A DNA stretch of 64,000 bases, taken from Curvularia clavata (Eukaryota). Positions 1-11,235 of the stretch are shown here, piece after piece. The notes beneath the pieces were generated by a model. It worked only from the letters and a program-made list of their open reading frames with translations, had not been told where the DNA came from and did not search any database. The position numbers and the translations under genes were made by a program. Each line of letters begins with the position of its first letter. Position 1 is the first letter of the stretch. Location: contig CP089281.1 of NCBI GenBank assembly GCA_023920165.1, positions 1,736,001 to 1,800,000 on the forward strand, given 5' to 3'.

Positions 1-614
1 CATGCGTGTGCGCAAACAGGATCTACGTACAATCAGGCATCTACGACGACTTCTGCACAAAATTCACTGAGAAGGTCAAAGCTTTCAAGGTTGGCAGCGG
101 ATACGAAGAGGGCATCACACATGGCCCTCTTATCCACGACCGTGCCGTATCCAAAGTGGACGCTCACGTTCAAGACGCCGTCAAAAACGGTGCCAAGCTC
201 CTCCACGGAGGACAGAAGCTGCCTGATCTCGGAGCAAACTTCTACCAGCCCACTGTCCTTCGTGACATGACCGAGAATATGCAGCTCGCCAAAGACGAGA
301 CTTTTGGCCCTGTAGCTGGTCTCTTCCCCTTCGATACTGAAGCCGACGTCGTCAAGCTTGCCAACGCAGCTGATGTAGGACTTGCAGGCTACTTCTTCAG
401 CCGAGACATCCAGCGCGTCTACAGAGTGGCTGAGGCATTGGAAGTTGGCATGGTTGGTGTTAACACTGGTCTCATCTCAGACGTTGCTGCGCCATTTGGT
501 GGTGTCAAGGAGTCTGGCTTCGGAAGAGAAGGAAGTCATCTGGGTGTTGACGAATATGTTGTTACCAAGACCATTACTATGGGCGGAAATGGTCAGCCAC
601 TCCAGGGCGAGTAA
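1..614 (+). CDS. UGA2: Succinate-semialdehyde dehydrogenase (ALDH family), 3' part; 5' end lies outside the window
   Basis: ALDH motifs CVCANRIYVQ (catalytic Cys region), ETFGPVA, GLAGYFFS and APFGGVKESGFGREGS; stop TAA ends at 614. Confidence 0.9.
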   Translation, partial: CVCANRIYVQSGIYDDFCTKFTEKVKAFKVGSGYEEGITHGPLIHDRAVSKVDAHVQDAVKNGAKLLHGGQKLPDLGANFYQPTVLRDMTENMQLAKDETFGPVAGLFPFDTEADVVKLANAADVGLAGYFFSRDIQRVYRVAEALEVGMVGVNTGLISDVAAPFGGVKESGFGREGSHLGVDEYVVTKTITMGGNGQPLQGE

Positions 615-1125
615 GGGGATTAAAATGAACAAGTCGTGTCTAAGCCACGAGTGAGATGAGGAATTGAATACGGTATGCATAATGAATTCTAATATCCAAC
701 CATAACCCCATACTGTGAATGACCAAGTAAATACTGGCGACTTGGAGACACTAGCCAAATCCTATCTGCCAGCGCCGCAACAGGCATCATCAAAACTTTT
801 GAAAGCCTAGTTACATTTTTTCCGAGACTAAGACTGCCCGCGCACCTTCATATCGTGCCCGATGTCCGAAGAGGCATGACACTAATACCTCTGGGCTACA
901 AGCACGTCATGACCATTACCCTGTCACACAACCATCCGAGGTGGGCTCTGACACTTGAAAAGTCACACATCGAAACCAAAGCCTCAGGTCATCATTGAAA
1001 GTTGTTCATTTTCATGCCAGTTTACCCAGCACTATCGTTGGATACATACGTGAGGTGCTGAATGTAATGCCCCGCGCCATAACCCAGGAATGCTAGAAAA
1101 GACCCATGTCACCCAAAAACACCCT

Positions 1126-2017
1126 CTAGTACCTCTTGCCCTCACGGAGAATGTCGCTGTACTCCTCAAGTGGTGAGGGGCGGAGAGCGTTCTCTTTCCA
1201 CAGGTTGGGAGTAAGGAAGCCGTAGGTGTGGGCGACGGCAACGAAGGTGGCCTTCAGAGTGTTCTCAAGGGTCTTGGTGGAACCGGAAGAGGCAGTGTAG
1301 ACGTCCTGGACACCAGCCAACTGCAAGAGACGCTTGACAGCGGGAGAAGCGACAAGGCCAGTACCGCGGGGAGCGGGGATGAGACGGACAGTGACGGAAC
1401 CGCACTTTCCGCTCTCCTTGGTGGGCAGCGAGTGGGGCTCACCAAGGTTGGTACCCCAGTAACCTCTTCGGATGGGGACGACGGAGAGCTTGGCGATGAT
1501 GATGGCAGCGCGGATGGCGGTCGCGACTTCCTTGGAGGTCTTGATACCGAGACCAACGTGGCCCTCGGAGTCACCAATGACGACGATGGCCTTGAAGCGG
1601 GTACGCTGACCGGCACGGGTCTGCTTCTGGACGGGCTTGATCTTCATGACCTCGTCCTTGAGCTTGGGGAGGAAGAAGTCGACGACCTGGTACTCCTTGA
1701 TGGGGAGAGAGTGGAGGTAGCTACATCCTGTCAGTCGCATTCTCTCGCAGTTCTGTCGTTCTGAAAAACGTACATCTCCTCCATGCTCTTAATCTTGCCA
1801 GCCTTTACGAGACGGCCGAGCTTGGTGACGGGCTGCCATTCCTTCTCCTGTACCAATTGTCAATTTCCTGCAAGATCTCCCTTGGGCAGCTGTATGTGCG
1901 TACTTCAGACTTTCCACCACGGCGGCCACGGCCACGTCCACGACCACGTCCACGGTCACCACCGCGGTCTCCACGAGAACCGAATCCGCCGCGAGCGGGG
2001 GCAGAAGCGTCAGCCAT
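1126..2017 (-). CDS. RPS2: 40S ribosomal protein S2 (uS5), 3 exons (2017-1904, 1847-1774, 1720-1126)
   Basis: RG-rich N-terminus, then [15 protein letters not shown] and [19 protein letters not shown]; two GT-AG introns restore the frame. Confidence 0.97.
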
Positions 2018-2684
2018 TTTGTATGTCGGGTGGGGTATACGGCTGCTGAACTGGCGATTAGCGACTGTTGATGGCAATGAGAGGGCTGGAGAGCGTACGA
2101 TTTGGTATTTCCTGGAGTTAGTGCTGTTGTCGCGAAGTCGCTCAAGTCGCGAAATTGGAATTCGGGTGTTCGTTTAGCTTGTGGGTAAAAAAGCGCTAAC
2201 CAATGATGGACTAGCGCGGGCGGTGCGATGCTCCGCCGACAAAGGCAAGCTGATCATGGACTCAAGCAAAGCGTTTACTTTGGTGAACTCTGCTAACTAT
2301 CTCTAGAGTTTTTAATATGATATGGATTTTGACAATACATACTTTTGAAAGGGTAACAAATTGGGAAAACACGGGTCACCAAGCAAGACCCATAGAAATA
2401 TTCCGACGGCTTTCTCATCTGTGAATACAAAAATTGAACAGAATAATGCACTTGAATTTGTATGCCTTCAGGAAGCACTGTATGCGAATATTATTTTTTA
2501 CTGTAGTTGCTGCATTTTCCGAGTTGGTCGTCACAGTGCCGCTGACTAAGGCAACTGGACACGCATGACTCGTTCACATGTCAATGGTGTCACTTGCATC
2601 ACGCGAACAATCCCAGAAACAAACCCTCAGCATCTCCCCTACGACTTTGTCGCAATCAATATTGTATCTTAATGGTGAATCATA

Positions 2685-4142
2685 ATGTCCATCTTGAACT
2701 CAGTACTAGGCTCCCTCTCTCCTCCTCGAGGGTTTAGAAAGTCGTTTGAAGACCCGCACGCACGCGAACATGAGCTCCCAGCATACAACTCCCCACCGTC
2801 TCCACGTATTCCACCTCCCGTAACATCTTCAGTACTATGGGCTGCGCCAAAAGCGAATATATCACTGCAACCTCGAGTCCCCGATGACTTGCTAGCCCTG
2901 CAGCGGCGAGCCCGACACCTCGAACAACAACTACAGGAGCTGCTCGATGCACAGGCGGATGGTTTGATGGCTGGCTTAGGTGCAGAGAGCACTATAACGG
3001 ATGACGTGGTGTCAAATGGTAGCACAACGCCAACTGTGAGCAGTGTCAGATCCAGTGACAGAAGCGCAGAGAACGGAGAGACACAGCCTAAGCCCCGACG
3101 AAAGAAGGTCGGACTGCAAGCGGCGAGACATGGCATATCTAGGCGCATGAAGCAACTTGCCAGTATCAAGGCTGATGAGTTAGATCTGCTAGATGAAGAT
3201 CTGAGGAAAGTGCAGAGTACAGTGGAGAAGACAGAGGCATGGAGCCAGAAGCGTACACGACTCGAGAAGAAGATCCGCGAAATAGAGAGTCAAGACGCTG
3301 GTGCGAAGACACGTAGTTTACAAACAGAAGCGTCGAAGCTCGAACAAGAAATACGGCAGAAAGAAGAGGAGCTATGGGCTCTGAAGCGACGGCATCGACG
3401 GGTGCTGGACGAGTTGGCTGATACCGAGAATTCAGTGGAAGCCAAGATCGCGTCCTACAAGACATCACTGTCATTGTTGGATCGCGAGGTGTCCAACTTT
3501 CTTGCAAAACCCATGGATCCCGACCATGTGCCAGTATCGTCCTCCCCATACCCCACTCTTCCCGCAAAGCGGCGAACGCTCGAAATGGCGCGCGAGTACT
3601 GGCAGGATGAATACACCAGATTGGCCGAGAAATGTGAAGCGGTCGATACTGATCGTGGAGCGCTCGACGAGGGAGCGCAGCTATGGTCAGACGTGATGAA
3701 GAAGGTTGCAGACTACGAAACAAGCCTGCAAGACTACATGCAACAAATAGGTCGAAAGAATCCTCCTGAGCCATCCAAACTTCTTGAGCAAATGGAAAAC
3801 ACAATAGCGTACTTAGAAAAGAAGCTAGAATTTGCTTCCTCACGGAGCTGGAATTTGTTGGTTTGCGCTATCGGAGCGGAGCTGGAGGCTTTCATGCAAG
3901 GCAAGGACATGCTAGAGGAGGCTCTGGGATCGAAACGGAAGGGCAAGGAGAAGGCTACAGAACCTCTGTTGGATCAAGACGGATTCCAAGCTGGACAGAT
4001 GGAAGAGATGACGGGATCCGCCATTAGGATCAGTCCATCTGCAAAGCAACCAACTCCGCCCAAGCAACAATATTTCGATTCGGAAGATGACGACCCTGAT
4101 CCCGAACTTTTGATTTCGCATCAGGACACAGATACCGACTAA
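2685..4142 (+). CDS. 485-aa coiled-coil protein, probably Atg28-like
   Basis: Long intronless ORF with an extended coiled coil and a WNLLVCAIGAELEAF segment that I recall from filamentous-fungal Atg28 annotations. The ORF is solid; the name is tentative. Confidence 0.6.
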   Translation: MSILNSVLGSLSPPRGFRKSFEDPHAREHELPAYNSPPSPRIPPPVTSSVLWAAPKANISLQPRVPDDLLALQRRARHLEQQLQELLDAQADGLMAGLGAESTITDDVVSNGSTTPTVSSVRSSDRSAENGETQPKPRRKKVGLQAARHGISRRMKQLASIKADELDLLDEDLRKVQSTVEKTEAWSQKRTRLEKKIREIESQDAGAKTRSLQTEASKLEQEIRQKEEELWALKRRHRRVLDELADTENSVEAKIASYKTSLSLLDREVSNFLAKPMDPDHVPVSSSPYPTLPAKRRTLEMAREYWQDEYTRLAEKCEAVDTDRGALDEGAQLWSDVMKKVADYETSLQDYMQQIGRKNPPEPSKLLEQMENTIAYLEKKLEFASSRSWNLLVCAIGAELEAFMQGKDMLEEALGSKRKGKEKATEPLLDQDGFQAGQMEEMTGSAIRISPSAKQPTPPKQQYFDSEDDDPDPELLISHQDTDTD

Positions 4143-4514
4143 GTGCGTTTTGTTGAGGCAAGCCTAAACGTCTTGCATACTAATCGTAATACATTTATTC
4201 ATCTGTACGACTGCTCCGTGTGATTTGTATCGCTTTAAACCATGAGGTAACATACTTTTGTGTGTAGTTGTAAGGTTTAGGCGACGTTGTTCAAGTGCAC
4301 CGCTTCTGAATTTGATACTACGCCGGGCGGCTGTCCCGATCTGCGACGCACACTGGTTGATGACGCTTGCGTTAGTATATCGATAAGTGCTTGTGGAGTA
4401 ACCGGCGATAGGCCTTATTGCCGGTATTACTACAAAGCTCCAGCCCACTACAACCATCACCACCATGTCGCCTCGGCATAACTTGCGACACTTTTCGCAG
4501 CTCAATCCGCCAAC

Positions 4515-6800
4515 ATGAGCTCATCGCATGCACCGACGAGTCCGCCCAGCGACCCTGACAACGCCCGAACCATTGTATACGATCCCACCGACCCATTCTG
4601 GCGAGATACCGAGGATGATGATGACGACATGGACTATGTGCCCGCAGAGGAGGGTAACGACGACGGCGAAGACGAAGAAGGCGACACTAGTTTTCACGGT
4701 ATTTTCACCCTTAGAAAATCTGATCTCGCTCCAATTACTGATGTTGCGTAAAGATGCTGCCGAACAACTAAGTAATCTTAGCGGAGTTGAAATTGCATTT
4801 GAATACACCGACGATAACAACGAGGACGACAATGATGAGGACGAGGATGAGGAAGAAGAAGACGATGAAAACGAAAACGAAGAAGAGCGTTACGCAGACC
4901 TTCCCCAGCGGCCAGTAATAATCACCCGGGACCAGATTATGCAGTTACTTGGGCATGCAGGGTTAGGACGAATATTTGCCACCGACTTTACCCAGCGTGC
5001 CCTCCTGCGTCGACGTATACTCGACGATGATGACGATGACGATGATGAAGAAGACAGTGACCCTGGTACTGGCTATGACCCTATTGGTCCCGGAGCTTCT
5101 GGTAGAAGGCGTCGTCCCCGTGGTAGGGATTTGCTGGAGAAAGTGCCTAGCGAACAGGGCCAGGAGCTGATGCAAACGGGAACCTTTGGATCGAACCCAC
5201 GAAGAGAAGATACCATCAAAAGGAGAAAGAGGCTGGCCTATGATATCATGAAACGAGAATTGGGCGTTGGCAGCAATGGACGCCAGAAGAACGCCACAAA
5301 GCTGCTCAAGCAAAACATGATACCTGAGTCGGTCGCCGATACCATAATTCACTACAATGCGCGGTGCTACTCAGGGCAATTTTCAGATGATGGTAACTTC
5401 TTCTTTTCTTGTGCGCAAGACTTCAAAGTACGCATGTACGATACGTCGAACCCTTATGATTGGAAATACTACAAGGTAGGTAGCAATACCCAGATGTCAG
5501 CGCTACAAGACTGAACGATTGTAGACTGTAAGATATCATGGCGGGCAATGGACCATTACGGATGCTTCGCTCAGTCCCGACAATCGCTTCTTGGCCTACA
5601 GCTCAATCAGAAGTATCGTGAGTCTTGCTCCTACGGATCCGGATGACGACTCGGAACCGCATCTTCTTGACTTCAACGACACGGGTACACGGAATACACG
5701 AGGTTTCCATTCGCATTTTGGCGTAAGTTAAACGAAACTTGGATGAGTACAACTGGCTGATAAAATCTAGATCTGGTCGATCCGTTTCTCGGGCGATGGT
5801 CGTGAGATTGTGGCCGGAACTGGGGACAGCTCAGTATATGTCTACGATATTGAGCGCAGACAGTCAGTCCTTCGCATTCCAGGTCACATGGATGATGTCA
5901 ATGCAGTCTGCTTTGGTGACTCTCAGTCGCCGCATATCCTCTACTCTGGATCCGACGACACGACACTCAAGGTGTGGGACCGGAGAAGTATGGGCGATGG
6001 CCGAGAAGCTGGTGTTTTCCTTGGTCACACAGAAGGTTTAACATATGTCGACAGCAAGGGAGATGGCCGGTATGTGCTTAGCAATGGAAAGGACCAAACG
6101 GCGAAGTTGTGGGATCTGAGAAAGATGATGTCCAAGGAGAAGGCTGATCGCATTGACCCGTATGCATACACCACACGCTTCGAGTACCGGTCCAATGGCT
6201 ACGACTATGATGACTTCCGCCCACATCCTCATGACTGTTCGCTTGTGACCTTCCGTGGGCACAAGGTCCTGAAGACGCTCATCCGATGTCACTTTTCGCC
6301 TCCTGGTAGCACAGACTCGCGATATGTGTACTCGGGTAGCTACGACGGTTCGGTGTATATTTGGAACATGGATGCTACTCTTGCAGGCAAGGTCAACGTG
6401 CTGAAGGCGACTAAGAATTCGCGACCGCGAGATCCAGAAGTACTTGCTGGAACATACGATTACTGGGGTCGGAATGAGGGCAAATGGATGACGTGTGTGC
6501 GCGATGCGAGCTGGCATCCGAATGCGCCCGTCATTGCAGGTAAGTCTGCGCAACGACATAGATACTTGGTTTCTTTCCTGCTAATGATTGGCAGCAACAT
6601 CATGGAACGGCTGGGGCACCTCGCAAGGAACGTGTACAGTTCACACTTGGAATGATGGCGTTGAAGAAGACGAAGCAGAACCCAAAGTTGGCCGTCGCGT
6701 CAATGCAACACTACAGCATGACGAGCGGTTGTACAAAAGTCATGAGGGTCGGTCGAGAAGACATCCGATTTGGTATGACGATATGATGGACGATGACTGA
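4515..6800 (+). CDS. WD40 protein, DCAF11/WDR23 (LEC14B)-like CUL4-DDB1 substrate receptor; introns ~4699-4753, 5476-5524, 5723-5770, 6540-6594
   Basis: Acidic N-terminus; motifs YSGQFSDDG, GHxDDVNAVCF, SGSDDTTLKVWDRR, SNGKDQTAKLWDLR, TLIRCHFSP and CVRDASWHP; canonical introns join the ORF fragments. Confidence 0.88.
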
Positions 6801-7297
6801 ATATAGCGTGGCCGGCCTGCACTGCTCACATGCTTTTCATGTCGGCGCGTTGTGTGATGTGTCTATAGTTGAGATAAGATGTATGGTGATGCTTTTGGGA
6901 GTAGATATTAGGGGCAGGTTTGGCGTAGATTGGTCCTCTCATCTTTACAATACCATAGTTTGTTCACGGCAACCTCAACGAAGAACGGCTACCTCGTGGA
7001 ACAGTATGCACACTTCTCCTAACCACTTGCTTCACCATTCACATGCATATCTGGGACACAGTCATGGAAAACGTAGATGTGGATATAATCAAACTCCCGC
7101 TGACCCAATGGTATTGTACAGCCCCGTGAGATGGATATGTCATGTCTGATACCTAAGCGTCCAAATCCGTAATGCGGCTTTTTCTGCCTCCACTCGCCAA
7201 GCACAATAACAAAATAAATTACGGTAAACGAGTCCGTCACGCGGCCGGAGATGCAAATGGAAGGTGAATGGATGTTCTCTTGCGCGAGGAGAGACGG

Positions 7298-7694
7298 CTA
7301 TGAACCGCCGACGAGAATGTTGTTGACGGGAATGTGGACAAGCTTGACAACGTAGCCAATGACTCCTGGAGGAATTGTCAGATGATTGCAAAGGCGAACG
7401 GATGCGTGAATGCATCAAGAGGCGGGTGCTACTGACCCATGATCAGGAAGCCAATGCCGACGGCTTGCGATATCCTGATGAACTCCTTCTTGTCGGGCTC
7501 TGCGGGATCATCAGTGTCACGAGACAATGGAAGAGGGAATCGGAGGGGTGGTCGTACTGGTGCAGCGGTTCATGAAGAGAGTTCCCTCCTTGAGGAACTC
7601 GGCGGGCATACTGCGCGGTGGTGTTAGCCGTCATCGCCCCCAATTGCGTGCGCAGGGGCATTGCGTACTCAGCAAACTCCTTGACGTTCTCCAT
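7298..7694 (-). CDS. SSS1: Sec61 translocon gamma subunit, 69 aa, 4 exons (7694-7669, 7610-7558, 7499-7437, 7365-7298)
   Basis: Manual splicing gives MENVKEFADMPAEFLKEGTLFMNRCTKPDKKEFIRISQAVGIGFLIMGVIGYVVKLVHIPVNNILVGGS, with the RCTKPD and GY.VKL.HIP signature. Confidence 0.95.
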
Positions 7695-8710
7695 GGCGAC
7701 TGATGTGGATGTGTGTAGCGGTGAGATGGATTCAAGAGGGCCGTTTGGTGGGATTCCGAGTGTCGTGGATGGGAGAGGGCGCGACTTCAGGGTAGCAGCT
7801 GCCAAATTGCCAGACGGTGGACGGCAATCTGGCCTTGCGGAGAAAGCGAACAGGGGTCGGCGGCCGCCAAGCACGCTAGTATCAACGCTAGCGGCTGGAG
7901 CTCTCGCATCGCAATCCACGTCCTCGTCCCTCACGCCTATCCTCGCTCGCGCCGACACTGCTCGAATCCGTCGATCTTCGTCCCGGTTTCGTGCTGCTAA
8001 ACCAGACATCTTCGAATCAAACCGACTGTTCTCCTTTGACGCTCCAGACCAGCGACTGCAGTCCGGTGCTTCATTTCGCCGCACGCCGCACGCATAGCGC
8101 TCAAGGCCCAAAGGGGAACGCGCTGGGCCTGCTAACGAGCTGACAGTCGTCCTCACTTCGATCCATCTCTTCTTCTCATTTCTGGCAGCGCAAGATTGTG
8201 CGCTATCTCAATTCTCTCAAGGGCTTTGTACACAGCAACTGCGCTGCAACCACACTGTACTGGAGGCGGGCAAAGCAGGCGCAGGAGGACAGGCTGAGGC
8301 ATTGCACTACTTCACACTTCACTTCACTCCACTACACACTCATCTCTCACCATATCCTGTACCTTTTACATCTCCGCATCTGCCAGGGGCGATCGGATTA
8401 TCCCATATTACCCTGAGCGGTCTTTCTAGACCCTGTCACACTACGCCGACTGCGGCAATGTACGTATGGCCTTACTCTACGCTGTTTGTCTTCTTCTACC
8501 GCCATTGCCATCGCTCTGCGACGGACTGCAGGCCCTTGCTTTCTTTACGCCATCCCCTTATGTCACCATACTGATCTGTATGCCAATCACAGAATTGCAT
8601 GTACTTTGGCTATTGATACTAGCACATCAAGTACCTAAGAGCGAATCAAAAAAAATACCGGAAAAATACCTTATCGCTTACTGCAGTTGACTTGACTACT
8701 CACAGCAAAC

Positions 8711-10030
8711 ATGGCTGAAGACGACAACTTCGACATCGACATCTACGGAGATGACTCGTACCAAGAATCTGCCGCGCAGCAAGACACTACCGTAACCGAC
8801 TCCAATGCAGCCAACTCGAATAACGCACCTGAGAATGCGACAGCTGAGGCGGGTGATAAGACTGCCAGCCACGAAGCGCCGGCTGAAGCGACCAACGGAA
8901 ACGGCCACCATGACCAGAACACGCAACAGATAGCATCTACAGGCGGTGCGTCTGGCCTTGATGTTCACAAGCAGGCACCCCAGCAGCAGGGCACAAAGCG
9001 CAAGCAGGGTGAAGACGATGACCGCCCAACCGATCCCGGAGCGACCGCTGCTCTGATGATCAACGACATCAACTGGTGGATTAGCGAAGAGGATATCCGC
9101 GGATGGGCTAATCAAAGTGGCTGCGAAGATGAACTTATCGAAGTTACCTTCAACGAGCACAAGGTGAACGGCAAGAGTAAAGGGTCAGTTTCCTGTATGC
9201 TTCTGAGCGACTTTGTGCTGATGTTCTTTGCAGTCAGGTTTTTACGCTGTTGAATTCACCGCAAGCAGCCACTGCTCTCAAGCACCAGATCGAGACCCTC
9301 TTCAAGGACCAAGCTCACACGAAGAAGCCGACCGCCATTTTCAGCCCTCCACACGTCAATCCGTTCAAGACACTACCAAAAGATGTACCAGCGCGAGACA
9401 AGGGCAGAAACGACCGTGCTACATCAGGCAACTTCAACAACCAAAGTGGTTTCAACAACAGGGGTGGGTACAACAATAACCGAGGAAACTTCAACAGAGG
9501 CGGCATGGGCTACCAAAATAACCGCAATTTCTCGCCTGCTGGTGGCAACATGGGAGGCTACGGCGCACAAGCACCGATGAACAACTTTGGCAATCCTATG
9601 GGCATGAACAACTTTGGAAACAACTTCAATCGCGGTGGCATGATGGGTGGTAACATGCGCGGTGGTATGGGCAACCGTGGCCGTGGAGGCAACATGGGCA
9701 TGAACCCGATGGGCGGAGCCCCTATGGGTGGAATGAACATGCCAATGGGCGGGAACATGATGGGCATGGGAGGCAATATGATGGGTATGGGTGGTGGCAA
9801 CATGGGCATGATGGGAGGAATGGGTAAGCGGGGGAACTTTCATACTCTTACTAGTGACTGGCCCCGTACTAGTCCTTTGGTTCTCTTGAATAATTGCTGA
9901 CTCTAATTCTTTAGGAGGTGGCTTCGGCGGCAACCCAGGATTCAACCCAGGATTCTTCCAGGGCAACCAGGGCGGTAACGACGGTAGCTGGCAGAACCCT
10001 CACGGCGCTAAGCGGCCACGCCCAGAGTAA
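8711..10030 (+). CDS. RRM protein, CPSF6/CPSF7 (CFIm large subunit)-like, with G/M/N-rich low-complexity tail; introns ~9184-9233, 9824-9914
   Basis: N-terminal DIDIYGD; RRM with INWW and FNEHKVNGKSKG; C-terminal NLS-like NPHGAKRPRPE. Confidence 0.75.
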
Positions 10031-10781
10031 CTCACAACATAAGAATTTGTGTTTCGCGCATCGGCCTTTCATATGGCATCCACATATGAGACCTTCTGCT
10101 CCACCGACGGGCTCATATGGAATGCACGTCGACTGCACGCAGAACCAAGACGAACGAAGCCAAACGTTATCAGGATGTACAGTTGTTCCCGCTGGAATAA
10201 TATACCGGTATTTCCGATCCATTTCCTGGTTTCCGGACGGTATATATGAAAGACGGTCTACCCTCTCTATCACTCTCGGAATTTTTGTCAGCGTTGCGCC
10301 TAGAACGGCGACATAACTCATATTCGGTCCATAATCTCTTTGGCGTTTTCTCGGGTCGGCAGGAGATCTTTCAAAAATTGATTCTTTTCTTCACTCATGT
10401 CTTGGTAGCTTTTCCTTTCTCTCTCCTTCTGTCTGGGTTTCAATCTTGCATAAGAGTATATTTAGCACGGTGTCATGGTGTTGTTGCCACCTGTAGCGAC
10501 ATACGCTAGCATTGTACAGGGTAATGTTGCAATCCGGAGCAACATTGTCGGAATCTCCTTGAGGTGGGCCACATGACATGTCTGCAGCATCCAATTTTGC
10601 GTATTATGGAGCCTTTGTATCACTACTGTAGAGGAAATGGGGAAAAACGATAAATCTTTGTGCATGCTCTTATTCACGCTAACAGGTTTCATTCTTAAGA
10701 AAGATGAGAGGAACACATTTTGTTTGATTTCTTCGGCGCAAGTGCTCGTCTTTGGTGGAAAAAGTACCTGTTCGTCGTTGA

Positions 10782-11162
10782 GGCTAATTTGGAGATTAGG
10801 CCCGCTTGGACCTGCATTCGAGGATCGATCCGGGGTGGGCAATATAGCTCAGGCGAACATCATATCACTTCGCCTACCGCGAGCCAATCGCTGCATTTGC
10901 CGCCTCGGCCTTTCTTTCTAGAACGTTTCCCGGCTTGTTGCAGCTTGTGTGTGGAATCCGGGAAAGAAGGCGGGTATGCAATTTGGGGGATATGAAAGGC
11001 AGTGCTTGTTGCGTCGCGCTAGGTGGATGTCGTGGAGAAGCCACTTCATCTATTTGACCTGCTGGGGCGGGATCTGCAGCACGCAAGCGTAGTTTTGAGG
11101 TATATGGGCACCGAAGGAGACTATGCACGTGTTAAGATTATGAAAGGACGGGAGCATATATA
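10782..11162 (+). promoter_or_regulatory. Putative cellulase promoter: XlnR-type GGCTAA (10782), CreA-type SYGGRG (10830, 11032, 11062), TATA-like TATATA (~11157)
   Basis: Consensus matches upstream of the GH5 ATG. These short motifs can arise by chance. Confidence 0.4.
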
Positions 11163-11235
11163 TTTGGACGTATCGTCCGGGTTATATGTATTGTGTCACT
11201 AAGTAGAGGTCTTAAGCCCTTAGGAAACCAGAAAC

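Noticed and set aside
1228..1764. 178-aa ORF antisense to RPS2, and similar antisense ORFs over PilB, SLA2, SLU7 and the WD40 repeats
   Set aside because: Shadow ORFs produced by the codon bias or repeat structure of the real gene.
7443..8156. 237-aa and 159-aa ORFs over the Sec61-gamma promoter
   Set aside because: GC-rich promoter sequence with non-ATG starts, overlapping a real spliced gene; no domain signal.
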